Part shown: one piece after another, positions 39,577 to 49,590 of the stretch
Layout: each line of letters opens with the position of its first letter
Numbering within the stretch: position 1 is the stretch's first letter
Source: an uncultured Candidatus Saccharibacteria bacterium
GTDB lineage: Bacteria > Patescibacteriota > Minisyncoccia > UBA6257 > 2-01-FULL-56-20
Length of the DNA: 64,000 nucleotides
Reading direction: 5' to 3'
Assembly: GCA_964361595.1 (NCBI GenBank)
Contig: CAYIAX010000001.1
Coordinates: 32,100 to 96,099 of the forward strand
Position numbers and translations under genes: made by a program
The notes under the pieces: generated by a model
What the model was told of the DNA's origin: nothing
What the model saw: only the letters and a program-made list of their open reading frames with translations
The model's database searches: none

Positions 39577-39689
39577 CTTATATCCCATATTTTAGCGGGA
39601 ATTATTATTCGCATCCCGCTATGGTGCTATGCTATAGCATAGCGGTCGGCCCCAATGTACAAAGGCGCTGTTTTTCGATTTTGTTTTAG

Positions 39690-40682
39690 GCACACACATC
39701 TGGCGGACTAGGTAGATTGATATTCGGCAAGAAATTCGTTCGGCGTCTTGCCCTTCAGCCCGCAATGCTCCAGATCGTTGTATTCAGTATTCCACTTCCG
39801 CACCTTGGCGCGCAAGTCTTTTTCTGACCTGAAGACAGTTTGATCATAGAGGGTGCGCTGATCCGATCCATGCGAACGTTCGACCGTGCCGTTTTGTGCG
39901 GGTTTACCCGGATCAATGAGATAGTGCACGATGCCATTCCGCCCGCAGAAGATATCAAGGGCATGAAGTGTCTTCACGGTCAGATCGCTCCGCTTCGTGG
40001 TGCCTACGTACCGATTGGTGAAAGTGGAGTGGTTGTCGGTCTTGATGGCGGTGATGGGGTGCGGGAACCGCGCCATGACATCTTGCAAGAACTCCACGGA
40101 GTGGAACGTTGATTCTTCTTCAAAGATCCGCGGATACCGCCAGCGTGAGGCGCAGTCAACCGCCGTATACTGGAAATACGCTTTCCCCGCAACGGTTCCT
40201 GGCATATGTTTCACGTCGATCTCGACAAGCTCCCCGGGCTTCAAGGCCACCCTGAGGTATTTGCATTTCATCCGTTTCGCGCGGTAGCGGCGCACCAACC
40301 CTTCTGCTTTCAATATTTTCCCAATGGTGCGCTCGTGGATCAGAATGCCCTGCTTTTTGAGTTGCCAATGAAGTTTGAGTGCGCAGACCTTTTTCTTTCT
40401 GCGCAACGCGATGACCGCCTCCTTGATCGAGATCGGTGTTTCTTTGGGAGACGTCTTCGGCCGGGTGGAACGCGGCTCAAGCGCAGATTCGCCGCCGCGC
40501 CGGTATGCGGCGAGCCATCGTTCCAAAGTTCGCCTGCCATACGAAAACACCTTCATCACCTCCCTGATACTTGTCCGACCTTCTACGACGGGGACTACCC
40601 ATCGCAACCTTTCTTGTTTGATATTTTCAGCCATATGGATCGACATTCCCCGAGTTTACGGGAGTCCGCCATATGTGTGTGC
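39690..40682 (-). mobile_element. IS481-like insertion sequence with 20-bp inverted repeats (19/20 match)
   Basis: GCACACACATCTGGCGGACT (39690-39709) and AGTCCGCCATATGTGTGTGC (40663-40682); no target duplication seen. Confidence 0.8.
39708..40646 (-). CDS. DDE transposase/integrase core (IS481 family)
   Basis: N-terminal HTH, IDVK, TDN, P..NG.VER. Confidence 0.9.
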   Translation of the reverse strand: MSIHMAENIKQERLRWVVPVVEGRTSIREVMKVFSYGRRTLERWLAAYRRGGESALEPRSTRPKTSPKETPISIKEAVIALRRKKKVCALKLHWQLKKQGILIHERTIGKILKAEGLVRRYRAKRMKCKYLRVALKPGELVEIDVKHMPGTVAGKAYFQYTAVDCASRWRYPRIFEEESTFHSVEFLQDVMARFPHPITAIKTDNHSTFTNRYVGTTKRSDLTVKTLHALDIFCGRNGIVHYLIDPGKPAQNGTVERSHGSDQRTLYDQTVFRSEKDLRAKVRKWNTEYNDLEHCGLKGKTPNEFLAEYQST

Positions 40683-40698
40683 ACATTACCATTTTCAG

Positions 40699-40726
40699 TT
40701 GACAGAAGTATAGAAAGGTGTATAAT
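40699..40726 (+). promoter_or_regulatory. Consensus sigma70 promoter
   Basis: TTGACA-16 bp-TATAAT. Confidence 0.7.
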
Positions 40727-40844
40727 GTGAGGTAAACCTGGCCAGCGTACTGGGGCTAGTTCTTTCAAACTACGTTTAATTTTGAGCCCCAGTACGCTGT
40801 CTGGGTTCAGGTTCTTTGGTAATTTAGTTGGAAGGAGAGGAAAG

Positions 40845-41609
40845 ATGCAGATGCGCAAATTCGCGCTTTTTGTGGTTCTGGTGATTACCCTGGTGGCCTT
40901 GGTCGGCTGCAGTGGGCGGGTGGAGACAAAGGCCCGTGTGGAGAGCCGGCCAGCCGTTGATTCAGCCGTCGAGGCCCGGCAGAAGGCCATCGCCGAACTC
41001 AAGGCGGAGCTCGAGGAGATCATGAAGCCCGAATTCGGCCGGATAAGTGTGAATCTCGTCGAGGCCGAAGTGAAGGGGCGGAAGGTCCGTCCCGAGCTAT
41101 GCGAAGCGGAAGTTCGCTACGAGCGCTTCGCGAGCTTTTTGGCCTCGCCCGCATACAACGGGATCAGTCCAGCTGATCTAGGGACGACGGCGGAGCGTCT
41201 GAATGGAGAGAGACGGCAGCGGGCCACCCTCTACGTCAAACAAATTATGGTTGCCCTCCGCGAAGGCAACCCTGATTGCGGCGGCGTGAACCGAGACGTA
41301 ATCGGCCTGGCGAGGGACATACCCTACACCATGAACCAGGCTGGCTTGAGATTCACGGATGTGGATTTCAAGGCCGCAGACATTCGGGAGGTCGTCCGCA
41401 AGGAGATCGCGCGGCAGCTCGTCGGTCCCGAGGGCGCGATCGCGGTAGCCAAGGCCGGTGGATCGGATACCGAAGCCGAAGGCAAAGCCGACTCAATCAT
41501 CCTCGAAGCCCTTGAGTACGGCTTCTCGGCGGCCGATCTCGGCCTCAAGGGCGCCGACGCCGAATTTTTCGCTAAGCGCGCAAAGGCCTTGTCCGAAGGC
41601 GGCGGCTGA
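40845..41609 (+). CDS. Hypothetical lipoprotein
   Basis: Lipobox LVGC; SD GGAGAGG. Confidence 0.7.
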   Translation: MQMRKFALFVVLVITLVALVGCSGRVETKARVESRPAVDSAVEARQKAIAELKAELEEIMKPEFGRISVNLVEAEVKGRKVRPELCEAEVRYERFASFLASPAYNGISPADLGTTAERLNGERRQRATLYVKQIMVALREGNPDCGGVNRDVIGLARDIPYTMNQAGLRFTDVDFKAADIREVVRKEIARQLVGPEGAIAVAKAGGSDTEAEGKADSIILEALEYGFSAADLGLKGADAEFFAKRAKALSEGGG

Positions 41610-41685
41610 TCCACGAATCTCCAACAATCATCAAAAACGCCCGCGCGAGCACATGCTCCGCGGGCTTTTTCATAGGCTGTTAATT

Positions 41686-41778
41686 CAAAATTTAAAAATC
41701 AAAAATCAAAATTCAGGTAATTAACTTCGTTAATTTTTTATTTTGAATTGTCATTTTGCATTTTGAGATTTGCATTTT
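41686..41778. repeat. AT-rich heptamer inverted-repeat element; near-identical copy about 44217-44314, remnant about 48085-48110
   Basis: ATCAAAAATCAAAATTCAGGTAATTAACTTCGTTAATTTTTTATTTT shared. Confidence 0.85.
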
Positions 41779-41781
41779 GCA

Positions 41782-42288
41782 TTAATTAAGTACGACGATT
41801 TCCGCGTAATTGGCTCCGAAGCGCAAAGCCTCGGTTTTCGTTTCCATCCAGATATCGAGTTTGTTCGCATTGCGTTCATGCATGCGGTCTTCAACCACGA
41901 AGACTTTAGCGCCAAAGAGAGCAGGAATCTGGACGCGGGTGCCAAAAGGCAGGAAGTTAGCCGCCACGACGCCGTCGCGGACGGTACTGCCAGAAGCGGT
42001 CGTAAAAGGCGTATCGTCGGTTTCTTCCGGGGTGCTTGAATAAGCCGTAATCCAGACCAGCTTCCGTTGGGGGAAGAAATCAGGAGTAGGCGGCGGCAAA
42101 GAAATTACTTTCGTGGTCGTGGGCAGAAGCGTAGTTGGTTTAACCTCCGTGAGCTTAGGCTGGCCGACCGCAATCGGCCGGATTTCCTGGGTTTCGGCCG
42201 CTATGGGCTCGCCATTCGCCCTAATAATACCTGCCGTTGACGGATAGAGCGTCGTGGCCAGGGCGAAAGCCAAAAGTACGTAATTCAT
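41782..42288 (-). CDS. Secreted 3D-domain (MltA-like) protein
   Basis: TAYSS...TD..P..TASG, VAAN.LP.GT, VED, LDIW. Confidence 0.88.
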   Translation of the reverse strand: MNYVLLAFALATTLYPSTAGIIRANGEPIAAETQEIRPIAVGQPKLTEVKPTTLLPTTTKVISLPPPTPDFFPQRKLVWITAYSSTPEETDDTPFTTASGSTVRDGVVAANFLPFGTRVQIPALFGAKVFVVEDRMHERNANKLDIWMETKTEALRFGANYAEIVVLN

Positions 42289-42549
42289 AGGTTTTTCAAC
42301 AAAAAAGCCCCCTTCCGGGGTCTAGCTTATTGTGTCCTAATCATAGACCATGGCCGGGTTTTTGTCAATCCGCCGTGTCAAGGGGAAAGCGGCGGCGGAA
42401 ACTCTGGTCTTGGGGGCTAGCTAATCTGGCTTGGGGATAATCGGAACGGTAAATCTGCCTAAAAGCGGCTAAAATATAGGAGTAATCTCGAATAACACGA
42501 ATTCTAATCAAATAATTCGAATTCGCGTTATTAGCGATTACTCCTCCTC

Positions 42550-44217
42550 ATGACTGCCGGTCTTTTAGAACTCGCCATCGTTGTTTTAATCGCCGCCTTC
42601 TTGGGCATTTTGGCCAGAACTCTGCGCCAGCCAATTATTCTTGCCTATCTCGTAACCGGTGTGATCATCGGTTACTTCGGGCTTTTCAATCTCCGTGATC
42701 AGGCCACCTTCCAGATTTTTGCCGACTTGGGCATCATGTTCCTCTTATTCTTGGTCGGCTTGGAGATTAACTATACCTCGTTGCGCCTCGTCGGCCGGTC
42801 CGCGCTCATCATTGGAGTCTCGCAGGTGATTTTTACCACCGGTATAGGCTTTTTAATCGCGCGACTTTTCGATTTTTCGTTGCTCCATTCGGCTTATATC
42901 GCTTTGGCGCTCACATTCTCCTCTACGATCATCGTGGTCAAACTGCTTTCCGAAAAAAAGGATCTAAGCAGTTTGTACGGAAAAATCGCCGTGGGCGTCA
43001 TGCTCTTCCAGGATTTCATCGCGATTCTGATCCTTGTTACCCTGGCTGGTATCGAAGCGGGCAGGGGTTTCTCTTGGAGCAGTCTTGCGGTCGCGCTTGT
43101 GAAGGGACTGTTGCTCTTTATCGCGATGGTTTGGCTGGGCCGCAAATTTTTACCGCATGTATTTGATAAGATCGCCCGTTCGCCGGAATTGTTGTTCCTC
43201 ACGACCCTGGCTTGGGTATTTCTCCTGGCTGCTTTGGCCGCCGAAATCGGTTTTTCGATCGAGATCGCGGGATTTTTAGCGGGGCTCGCGCTCGCGAACT
43301 CCGCGGAACATTTCCAGATCGCGAATCGCGTGCGTCCGCTGCGCGACTTCTTCATTTTGATCTTTTTCGTTATTTTGGGGTCGTCCATTGTCTTGCAGGA
43401 CTGGAGTGGCATCACGAAGCCGATTTTGGCCTTCTCCGCTTTCGTCATTATCGGCAATCCCTTGATCGTGCTCCTCATTATGAGCGCTTTGGGTTATCGC
43501 AAGCGCACAAGTTTTTTGACCGGCGTGACGGTGGGGCAAATTTCGGAATTCAGTTTGATTTTGGTCGCGCTCGGTTTGCGCGTGGGCCATCTTAACTCCA
43601 GCATCGTTTCCTTGGTAACCGCCGTCGGCGTGATTACGATCATTATTTCCGCCTACATCATTACGCACGGCGACAAAATTTTCCGCTTCCTCGCGCGGCC
43701 GCTTTCACTCCTCGAGCGCAAACAAACCAAGGAAGTGAGTTCGCTGATCGGGGAATTCAAAAAATCTTTCATTTTGATCGGCGCTCACCGCACCGGCCAG
43801 GCAATCGCGCTTTCCCTGCCGGCCAAGGATCTCTTGGTCATCGAATTCGATCCGGAAGTCATACACATGTTGAAGCGGCATAATCTCGATTATATTTTCG
43901 GCGATATTGCCGACCCGGAAGTTTTTGCGAAAGCTAATTTCGAGACTGCCAAATTGGTTATTTCCACCAACCCGGATTTAAACGACAATCTGGGGCTTTT
44001 GACTGAACTTAAGAAGCTGGCCAAGCGGCCAAAAATCATCGTCCGCGCCGATGATGAAAAAGAAGCGGAAATTCTTTACAAAACAGGGGTGGATTATGTG
44101 CTTTTGCCTAATTTCACGGCCGGGCAATATCTGGCCAAAACCATTGCCGTTGACCCCGAAATGCAGATATTGGAGCAGCTGCGGAAAAAGGATTTGGAGA
44201 TGCTGCGCGCACATTAA
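42550..44217 (+). CDS. CPA2 cation:proton antiporter with TrkA-N domain (Kef-like)
   Basis: G..FLLFLVGLE, SST.IVVK.L, QD, SEFS, C-terminal GD...E. Confidence 0.9.
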   Translation: MTAGLLELAIVVLIAAFLGILARTLRQPIILAYLVTGVIIGYFGLFNLRDQATFQIFADLGIMFLLFLVGLEINYTSLRLVGRSALIIGVSQVIFTTGIGFLIARLFDFSLLHSAYIALALTFSSTIIVVKLLSEKKDLSSLYGKIAVGVMLFQDFIAILILVTLAGIEAGRGFSWSSLAVALVKGLLLFIAMVWLGRKFLPHVFDKIARSPELLFLTTLAWVFLLAALAAEIGFSIEIAGFLAGLALANSAEHFQIANRVRPLRDFFILIFFVILGSSIVLQDWSGITKPILAFSAFVIIGNPLIVLLIMSALGYRKRTSFLTGVTVGQISEFSLILVALGLRVGHLNSSIVSLVTAVGVITIIISAYIITHGDKIFRFLARPLSLLERKQTKEVSSLIGEFKKSFILIGAHRTGQAIALSLPAKDLLVIEFDPEVIHMLKRHNLDYIFGDIADPEVFAKANFETAKLVISTNPDLNDNLGLLTELKKLAKRPKIIVRADDEKEAEILYKTGVDYVLLPNFTAGQYLAKTIAVDPEMQILEQLRKKDLEMLRAH

Positions 44218-44326
44218 ATGCAAAATTTAAATATCAAAAATCAAAATTCAGGTAATTAACTTCGTTAATTTTTTATTTTTACATTGTCATTTTCCATTTT
44301 GATATTTGCATTTTAAATTAATCATA

Positions 44327-45418
44327 ATGACTCTCCGCCAGGCCGCTATCATCGTCATAATCTGGGCCCTTATTACCACCGTTTTCGGCCTAGTCGTGCT
44401 TAACCGGCTGAATCTCGCGGGGGATAATGCTTATGTTTGGATCAATCCCTCCGAGTTCAAGCAGGAAAAGTCCTGGAGTCCGCTTGCCTTGCACGCACGC
44501 TGGGATTCGTTCTGGTTCCTGGACGTAGCGGAAAACGGCTATGTCTATAAAGGCGAGCAGAAATTATCAAACATCGTATTTTTCCCGCTCTATCCGGGAC
44601 TGATCTGGCTTTTCGCCCTGGTTTTGAAGAATGGCATTTTGGCGGGCTGGCTCGTTTCGCTTGCGGCCCTGATCGGCGCGGTTTTTTATCTCCATCGGCT
44701 TGTGCGCGAATTTCATCCGAACCTCAATCCTTACGTACCTATCCTTTTGCTTTTAATTTTTCCCACCGCCTTTTTCCTGAATGCAGTTTATTCCGAGTCG
44801 CTTTTCCTGTTTCTTTCGATCACCATCTTTTATTATTTGCGCCGGGGCAATTTCAAGCCAGCCGGAATTTTTGGGCTCGCGGCGGCCTTGACACGCGTAA
44901 CCGGAATAATTCTTCTTATTCCGGCTCTCCTCGAATACGCGCAAAAGTTTAACTGGAAGCTGCGCAAAGAATTTGCCTGGCTGCTTTTAATTCCCGCCGG
45001 CACGGCTGCATTTTTCTTATATCACTACTTTGCCTTTGGCGATGCGACGCTCTTCTTCAAAGTCCAGGCCTGGTGGGGCAGGGGATTTGAGTTTAATCGC
45101 GATCATGCCCTGCTTTTTTCACGAGCTGCGATTATTAATTTATCGCTCGATCTTTTTTATATTTTGGTTTCTTTGATCGCGATGCTTTCCGCCTGGCGCG
45201 AGCGGATCTCGTACGGAGCCTATGTGCTTTTGGGACTAATCGTGCCCTTGAGCACCGGTACGCTGATGAGCATCGGACGCTATGCGCTCGTGCTTTTTCC
45301 GATCTATCTCGTAATGGCTAAAATGTCCGTGCGCCGCCAGCTTGTTTGGGCTTTTGTCTCGATTCTGCTTTTCGGTTTGAGCCTGACTTTATTCGTAAAT
45401 AATTATTGGGCGGGATAA
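44327..45418 (+). CDS. GT-C mannosyltransferase-family membrane protein
   Basis: RWDS.WF...A..GY, FFPLYP, YSESLF, R..G. Confidence 0.85.
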   Translation: MTLRQAAIIVIIWALITTVFGLVVLNRLNLAGDNAYVWINPSEFKQEKSWSPLALHARWDSFWFLDVAENGYVYKGEQKLSNIVFFPLYPGLIWLFALVLKNGILAGWLVSLAALIGAVFYLHRLVREFHPNLNPYVPILLLLIFPTAFFLNAVYSESLFLFLSITIFYYLRRGNFKPAGIFGLAAALTRVTGIILLIPALLEYAQKFNWKLRKEFAWLLLIPAGTAAFFLYHYFAFGDATLFFKVQAWWGRGFEFNRDHALLFSRAAIINLSLDLFYILVSLIAMLSAWRERISYGAYVLLGLIVPLSTGTLMSIGRYALVLFPIYLVMAKMSVRRQLVWAFVSILLFGLSLTLFVNNYWAG

Positions 45419-45597
45419 TTGCGGTTAGGGATAAGTGAGTTCTTCTGACTCCGCGGGTGAGTAGTGGTACAAATTAATCAGAGGAGATTCCCCGCCATGT
45501 TGAAGGAATTGGAATTTGTTACAAGAAAAACCACTGGAGGGAGACACATAAGAGCCGTGCACTAAAAAACCACGGCTCATTTTTTTACTTCCTTTTG

Positions 45598-45847
45598 TTG
45601 CCGGGCAGGGATTCGAACCCCGACTTGTCCTGAATCTATTGAAGGATAAACGACTTTCCCGCACAGAGCTGGGGGACAGGGATTCGAACCCCGATACCAT
45701 CCTTCAAAGGGATGTGTCCTACCATTAGACGATCCCCCAGCTATGGGCGGGATAAACTCCGGCCGCTTGTGAACTATTTATTCGCCTTCGGCCGGGCCAT
45801 TAGACCAGTCTCGGCTAGACCGTCGAGTCTAGGCGGGCGACCCGGCA
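45598..45847 (-). other. Outer tRNA-like scaffold enclosing the tRNA-Gln
   Basis: 5' TGCCGGGTCG, displaced TCTAATGG, 3' CGGGGTTCGAATCCCTGCCCGGCA. Confidence 0.6.
45669..45739 (-). tRNA. tRNA-Gln(UUG), CCA not encoded
   Basis: TGGGGGATCGTCTAATGGTAGGACACATCCCTTTGAAGGATGGTATCGGGGTTCGAATCCCTGTCCCCCAG; anticodon arm CATCC-CTTTGAA-GGATG. Confidence 0.95.
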
Positions 45848-45925
45848 AATCGCATTGAGCTTAAAACAAAATTGGGATTTTTTCCACTTTTTAGTCTGGT
45901 ATACTTTTATTATCTATAAAATCTG

Positions 45926-46348
45926 ATGACTAAAACCGAAATCATCGTCAAGGTTAAAGAATTAAATCTGCCCCAGGATTCTTACGTTGTTTATGGCAGT
46001 TGCCCGCTGGCAGCGGCAGGTATTAGAGAAGTGAAAGATATTGACCTAGTAGTTTCGCCCGAGGTGCTCGCAAATTTGAAAAAAGCTGGTTGGCGGGAAG
46101 TTGAAAAAGCTCCCAACGACAAACCAATCACGCATGATGTTTTTGAAGCGCACGACAAGCGGGGTTTCAGTTCGTATAGCCCGACCCTGGAGCATTTGCA
46201 GAGAACCGCGACGATTATTAATGGCGTGCCCTTCGCGTCACTGGAAGAAGTTAGAAAATGGAAGGCAGCTTCCGGCCGTCCCAAAGATCTTGCCGACATC
46301 GAGTTAATTAACGAATATTTGAGAAATAGCGTTGAAAAATCAGACTAG
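45926..46348 (+). CDS. Nucleotidyltransferase-like small protein
   Basis: GS...DIDL and GRPKD..DI motifs. Confidence 0.7.
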   Translation: MTKTEIIVKVKELNLPQDSYVVYGSCPLAAAGIREVKDIDLVVSPEVLANLKKAGWREVEKAPNDKPITHDVFEAHDKRGFSSYSPTLEHLQRTATIINGVPFASLEEVRKWKAASGRPKDLADIELINEYLRNSVEKSD

Positions 46349-46660
46349 TTCTCATTCGCTCATTCGCGCGAATGAGCGAAACTGGCTGCCGACTCGCTCC
46401 GCCCAAAAATCATCCTTAAATATTTGGAGTATTTAAGGATGATTTTTGTCTGATTAATTCTTGTCACGACCATCAATCGCGCTGCTTTACTTTAGTAAAG
46501 CAGCGCATAAACTTCCTATATATTTACATTCGATAAGTAGAACAACCGTGGAAATTGGCACTTTTTTCGAGTTTTCGGGCAGAGCGCATTTTTTTAAAAC
46601 TGGGAAATTAAGCACATTTGGAGCATTTGCGCCGGGTGGGCATAGAGTTATCATAAAAGC

Positions 46661-47332
46661 ATGAATACCGAGCCGGTGGTTCGCGATGACTGGCGCCGGG
46701 CTTTGCGCGTGACCGCCGTTGTTTTCGTTATTTTTCTTCTTCAGCACTATTTCCGCCGGTACGGCCAGCCGATAGGTAAAACTTATTTCAATATTCTTTT
46801 TGCCTCAATCGCGCTCACAGGCTTAACAATGATTGCCGCAAGCTATCTCACGGGACCGTTAGCGCGGCTTTGGCCTGCCCGCTGGACGCAATACCGCGAC
46901 CTGCGAAAACAATTCGGCTTAATCGGAGTCGCCCTGGTCGTACTGCACGTAGTGCTCGCGCTTACCATACTCACCCCCGCATATTATCCGAAAATCTTTT
47001 CGGAAGTCGGCAGATTATCGCCGCTGGGGCAGATATCCATGCTTGCAGGCGCAGTTGCCTTTGTCGGCCTGCTTGTTGTAACCGCGACCTCTTTGCCGTC
47101 GGTCGCGGCGAACATGACCGCGCGCGGCTGGAGCATAGTCCAGAGATCCGGACTTATCGCCGTCATTCTATCAGTTCTTCACTTTATAGTTTTTAAATGG
47201 CGGGGCTGGTTTAATTTGGCAAATTGGAATAATTATATTCCGCCCGGTACGTTTGTCGTGACGGCATTCATTTTGTTCGTGTTTCTGATTCGTTTCGCTG
47301 CCTATATTTCGGAACGGCGGAAAGCATTGTAA
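46661..47332 (+). CDS. Ferric reductase-like transmembrane protein (MsrQ/STEAP-like)
   Basis: RKQFGL, LH, TS, W..VQ, LH. Confidence 0.8.
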   Translation: MNTEPVVRDDWRRALRVTAVVFVIFLLQHYFRRYGQPIGKTYFNILFASIALTGLTMIAASYLTGPLARLWPARWTQYRDLRKQFGLIGVALVVLHVVLALTILTPAYYPKIFSEVGRLSPLGQISMLAGAVAFVGLLVVTATSLPSVAANMTARGWSIVQRSGLIAVILSVLHFIVFKWRGWFNLANWNNYIPPGTFVVTAFILFVFLIRFAAYISERRKAL

Positions 47333-47476
47333 AGATCGGATTCTAGAGCTTTTGTGTCGTGATTTTATCGGGTTTTTCTTATTCGCCTGTTCCCTCCAGA
47401 GGCGGGCAGGCGCGCGAATTAGAGAATACAGGAAGCGCGGCTTGCCAATTCCGGTAGGCAACTTTAGGATAGAAAA

Positions 47477-48085
47477 ATGCCGCAGCAAATCGTCATCATT
47501 CACGGCGGAGACACATTCGAAACCTACGAGGAGTATTTGAAGTTCTTAAAAAGCTACGACATAAATTTCGAGCGGCTGCGCCTAGGGCGGCAGGATTGGA
47601 AAAAGAATTTGCGCGATGTGCTGGGATCCGGCTACGAGGTGATTGCGCCCACAATGCCCAGTATCAGGAATGCGAAATATTTGGAGTGGAAAATCTGGTT
47701 CGAAAAATTACTTCCATATCTACAGGAAGAAGTTATTTTAATCGGCCATTCCTTGGGCGGCACGTTTTTAGCCAAATACCTGGCCGAGAACAAATTTCCG
47801 AAAAGGCTGAAGGCGGTTTTCCTTGTAGCTCCCTGCTATGACGGCGAGGGCACGGATTATTCACTGGCGGATTTTTCCCTGCCGCAAAGCTTGGCTGGGT
47901 TAGGTGAGCAAGCGCCCAAACTTTTCATTTACCACAGCGAGGACGATAAAGTAGTGCCGTTTCCAAATCTTAAAAAGTTCCAGGCTCAATTGCCTAACGC
48001 AGTCGTCCGCGTTTTTACCAACCGCGGCCACTTCAATCAGGAAGAATTGCCCGAACTGGTAGGGGATGTAAGAAATTTAATGTAA
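47477..48085 (+). CDS. RBBP9/YdeN alpha/beta hydrolase
   Basis: IIHGG, GHSLGG, HS.DD..VP, GHF. Confidence 0.9.
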   Translation: MPQQIVIIHGGDTFETYEEYLKFLKSYDINFERLRLGRQDWKKNLRDVLGSGYEVIAPTMPSIRNAKYLEWKIWFEKLLPYLQEEVILIGHSLGGTFLAKYLAENKFPKRLKAVFLVAPCYDGEGTDYSLADFSLPQSLAGLGEQAPKLFIYHSEDDKVVPFPNLKKFQAQLPNAVVRVFTNRGHFNQEELPELVGDVRNLM

Positions 48086-48206
48086 AATGCAAAAATCAAA
48101 GATCAAAATTATCCGGCTACGAAATACAAAATCCGCCAGCTGGCGGATACGAATATACTAAATTTCGTATATTTGTAATAAATTTGTATTTCGTAGCAAT
48201 AGCAAT

Positions 48207-48425
48207 ATGAAAATTTTTGTGAATGCGAAGCCGGGAGCAAAAACAGCGGGAGTGGAAAAAATTGACGACACGCATTTTAAAGTTGCCGTCAAAGAACCGG
48301 CCAAAGAAGGGAAGGCCAACTACGCGATTATGTCTGCGCTCGCGGAATATTTCGGTATAAGCTTGGCAAAAATCCGGCTCGTGTCCGGCATGAGCTCTCG
48401 GCAAAAAGTTTTTGAGATACTTTAG
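48207..48425 (+). CDS. DUF167 (YggU-like) protein
   Basis: KP.A, P..GKAN, G..SR.K. Confidence 0.9.
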   Translation: MKIFVNAKPGAKTAGVEKIDDTHFKVAVKEPAKEGKANYAIMSALAEYFGISLAKIRLVSGMSSRQKVFEIL

Positions 48426-48714
48426 TTACGATGAGCTCAAAACTCACCCTTAAAAACTTGAGAACTTGAGATTTTAAGGGTGAGTTTTTTATGAAATCAC
48501 TGTCTAAGCCAGAATATTTCACAGCTTACAGCTTGGCGACTAATTCACTCTCTCGCGTTTGTAAATTCATCAAGAGTCAAGGTGCCATGATGCATCATAG
48601 CGCCAAGCCCGCGCGTTATTATTTCAGAACAAAATATCTAAAATATGCTGGCAGAATGTCCCGCGATTCGAGGCGCGGCCGGTTATCCGGAAGTTGTTTT
48701 TTAGGCTTTGCCAG

Positions 48715-48757
48715 TTATCCACAATTTTATTGACGCTTTCTGACAAAAGGTATATTA
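48715..48757 (+). promoter_or_regulatory. DnaA box directly upstream of a sigma70-like promoter (other perfect boxes 33836-33844, 59411-59419)
   Basis: TTATCCACA, then TTGACG...TATATT. Confidence 0.6.
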
Positions 48758-48852
48758 GTTAACTAGCAGGGTCCTTTTTTCGCCGAGCCAACGCGCCTGG
48801 ATCGGCGGCAATGTAAACGGTCCATGGACTGAAGAAAAGGAAGAGAACGTCA

Positions 48853-49056
48853 ATGAGAGAAAGAGTTTCTTCCGAGTCGGTCTGTCCTGGGTGCCACGCC
48901 ATCATGGCACCCCACGATCCTTTTGTCGAATTGGTGGGAAACGAGGTCTGGCACAAGCCGTGCCATGACCGAGAGGAGCGGAAGCTGCGGAACGCAGCGG
49001 CCGTTGCGGCAGTGCCGCAGGCCCGTTCGGCACCATTCAACTATGTCGCCCAGTAG
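48853..49056 (+). CDS. Small putative zinc-finger protein
   Basis: CPGC...WHKPC; own promoter and downstream hairpin with U tract. Confidence 0.5.
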   Translation: MRERVSSESVCPGCHAIMAPHDPFVELVGNEVWHKPCHDREERKLRNAAAVAAVPQARSAPFNYVAQ

Positions 49057-49277
49057 GGGGCGACAGGCGCATTCATTAAGCCCCCGGAACGATTCTTCCA
49101 TGAATCGTCCCGGGCTTTTTTTATTTACATATCTAAAGCTGCTTTTTGTAATAGAAATAAAGGCTTTTCGTCGCATAAATCGCACGGTTAGTGAATTTAC
49201 CCCGACTTAAAAGCCGGAGTTCAGGCGTCTAACCGCGCCGTCTAAAAGGTCGTAATTAGCGCCGAAAAATTTCTTCT

Positions 49278-49511
49278 ATGCACGAAGTTCACCATCACGA
49301 CGATCTTGGTACGGGCACGGGCGTATATGTGTTCCTGGCATTTATCATTACGCTTTTAGTGGTAGGCTTGCTCGTCTGGAGATTCCTGCCGTCGCGGGCT
49401 TCGGAGGAAGGCGAGCGACCGGGCCAGATCAATGTAAATATGCCGAGCTTGCCGTTGCCGGGAAACACCGAGGGAGGAAGCCAAAACTCGCCCAACCAAC
49501 CCACCTATTAA
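49278..49511 (+). CDS. Small single-TM protein
   Basis: One TM and a disordered tail. Confidence 0.6.
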   Translation: MHEVHHHDDLGTGTGVYVFLAFIITLLVVGLLVWRFLPSRASEEGERPGQINVNMPSLPLPGNTEGGSQNSPNQPTY

Positions 49512-49590
49512 TAGAGGTGGGTTTGTTGTATTTTGGCTACGAATTACGAATTTTTTACGAATATACGAATGATATATTTTTAACTGTGTT

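Noticed and set aside
45598-45622. Prophage or island att site duplicating the tRNA 3' end
   Set aside because: Only about 45 bp from the tRNA, no integrase nearby, and its acceptor strand pairs with a separate upstream 5' half.
46405-48490. Long AT-rich palindromes at about 46405-46448 and 48438-48488
   Set aside because: Single copies just after gene ends; adequately explained as bidirectional terminators.
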